From Conidiobolus incongruus B7586 (lineage: Eukaryota), in contig JNEM01006479.1 of the NCBI GenBank assembly GCA_000697335.1, positions 1 through 38,147 on the forward strand: 38,147 bases of DNA, given 5' to 3'. A program made the position numbers and the translations under genes. Shown piece by piece: positions 36,649-38,147 of this stretch. The notes beneath the pieces are model-generated. The model saw only the letters and a program-made list of their open reading frames with translations, ran no database searches and was not told the DNA's origin. Position 1 is the stretch's first letter. Every line of letters begins with the position of its first letter.

Positions 36649-38147
36649 TAAACCTGCAAAAGTGAGTTATAAAATCAAAAACACTTATATTTTTACTAAT
36701 AACTTAATTAATATTTAATGAAATAAATCTAAATTAAATAATTAAAATCTATTATATTTATTAATTATATATATCATTAAATGATGATATTTAGCTATTA
36801 ATTAACTAAAATAAAAACTTTTAAATTTTACTTAGGGTGAGTTATAAATTTGTAGGTTTTCAGTGATAAAAAAAAATTAAAACCTAGTGTATTTATCTTT
36901 AACTTTTCTAACTTCTTTAAGTTTGTAGGGTATAGAATCAACTAACTTCTTACACTAAGAAAGGTTAATTTTGTTTTATATTTCTTAAATATATTTTTAA
37001 AGTTGATTTAAATTTTTAACCAAGGGAAAACTTTAATAACTTTTTTTAATTAATCCCAAAGGTATTTAATTAGATTAAAGTTAGGAGATTAAAAAAGCTA
37101 CTTTATAATTGTTATCTTGTTATTTTTAAGTTTTTTGGTAATAAAAGTTATAATATAGCAAGAGGTATTATCTTATTAAAAAATAATATCAGATTTATTT
37201 AACCTATATTATTCAATAGTTTTTTTTAATTCATTGTTTAAAATACTTTAATATATTTTAATATTAATTCCTTTATTAATTTTACAAAGATACTTTATAC
37301 CTAAAGACAATATATATCTTTAAACAATAATTAACCTACTATTGTACTTTTAGGTAGAATTAATATAATAGTTATAAAATAGTTTTGTATTTTTTCTAAA
37401 ACATCTAGCTTTTTTATTAAATTTACTAAAGTATATTTTTGTTTCATTAAACTAAATAACTTTACTCTAATTAGTTTTAGTTTAACATTAGTAACAACAT
37501 TTAAACTCCCACTTAACTTTACAATAGGATTTTTTTAGTTAGGGGTGTTTTTTCTTAAGGTGTAAATGGTATCTATGCTAATATAAAACACATATAATAG
37601 TATTAAAGCTAATTAATATTCTTATATATTTTTATAATTCTTGTTGTATTTCTACAGTAATATTATATTTGCTTATACTAACCAACTTACAAATATACTT
37701 CTTATTATGTTTATCTATAATTTTAACATACTTAAGTTTAAGTTTAAATGTTTCTTTATTGTTATTCTTAATAACTTTAACTATAGTAGACTAACTAACA
37801 CTAGTAATTCTAATAATATTATAAGTTAATTTATCTTTTTTATAAAGTTGATTAATATACAAGTGGATTTTTTTAGAGAGGGATTTAGGTATAATAATAC
37901 TATTAAAAAAAATTTAGTATATCTATAAAATATAATATAAAATAATAGTAAAGAGAGAAAAAAGATATGGTTATATATTGTTAAATATATCCTTTTATCT
38001 CAAAAACCTGTAAATTTATAACTTACCTTGGTTAAATATTAAGGGTTAATATTTTTGCTAATAGTTTACTATTTATAACTAAATATATTTATTTATTATT
38101 AAATAATATACCTTAATTATATATTATAATTTTAAGTAATCTAATAT
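36649..38147 (-). mobile_element. Tc1/mariner (DD34E) DNA transposon with long TIRs; right end runs off the window
   Basis: The inner end of the left TIR (GGGTGAGTTATAAATTTGTAGGTTTTCAGTGATAAAA, ~36835-36871) matches the reverse complement of 37993-38028. GTGAGTTATAAA occurs at both 36662 and 36837. A transposase relic lies between. The left boundary is approximate. Confidence 0.88.
36877..37892 (-). pseudogene. Tc1 transposase pseudogene (~338 codons, one frameshift near 37020)
   Basis: The manual translation has IIRITSVS*STI (HTH), N*SKVI*FNETKI (WSKVIWSDETKI), KYNSRLIIV*RYI (KHGGGSIMVWG), IIF**DN (IFQQDN), *LF*SPNFNLIKYLWD (WPSQSPDLNPIEHLWD), LVDSIP and KDKYTRF*. There are 34 residues between the Asp at 37172 and the Glu-equivalent at 37067. 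Confidence 0.93.

Noticed and set aside
1..38147. CRISPR array, rRNA, tRNA or prokaryotic operon
   Set aside because: There are no regularly spaced repeat-spacer units and no recognisable RNA-gene motifs. Gene density, TATA boxes, membrane-anchored P450s and the Tc1/LTR relics indicate a eukaryote.

Overview
Very AT-rich eukaryotic DNA, most likely fungal. An early-diverging lineage such as Entomophthoromycotina/Zoopagomycota is my guess from composition and protein style only. The core is a head-to-tail, intronless, all + strand array. It holds four HSL-family (HGGG/GDSAGG) alpha/beta-hydrolase paralogues (a decayed pseudogene at ~6622-7922 and three intact genes), then two cytochrome P450 paralogues. 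The first P450 has exactly the same length as the second and all catalytic motifs, but is split by one in-frame TGA where the paralogue has Arg. The spacers contain several solo-LTR-like GC islands, a small MITE and other transposon relics. The right end holds a Tc1 (DD34E) transposon that the ORF track misses. Its transposase is still colinear but riddled with C>T/G>A transitions, many at CpA/TpG, within ~2.9 kb where I found no CpG, which is a RIP-like hypermutation signature. A small TATA-driven 67-aa orphan ORF lies at 3644-3847. I found no rRNA, tRNA or CRISPR. All translations and counts were done by eye.
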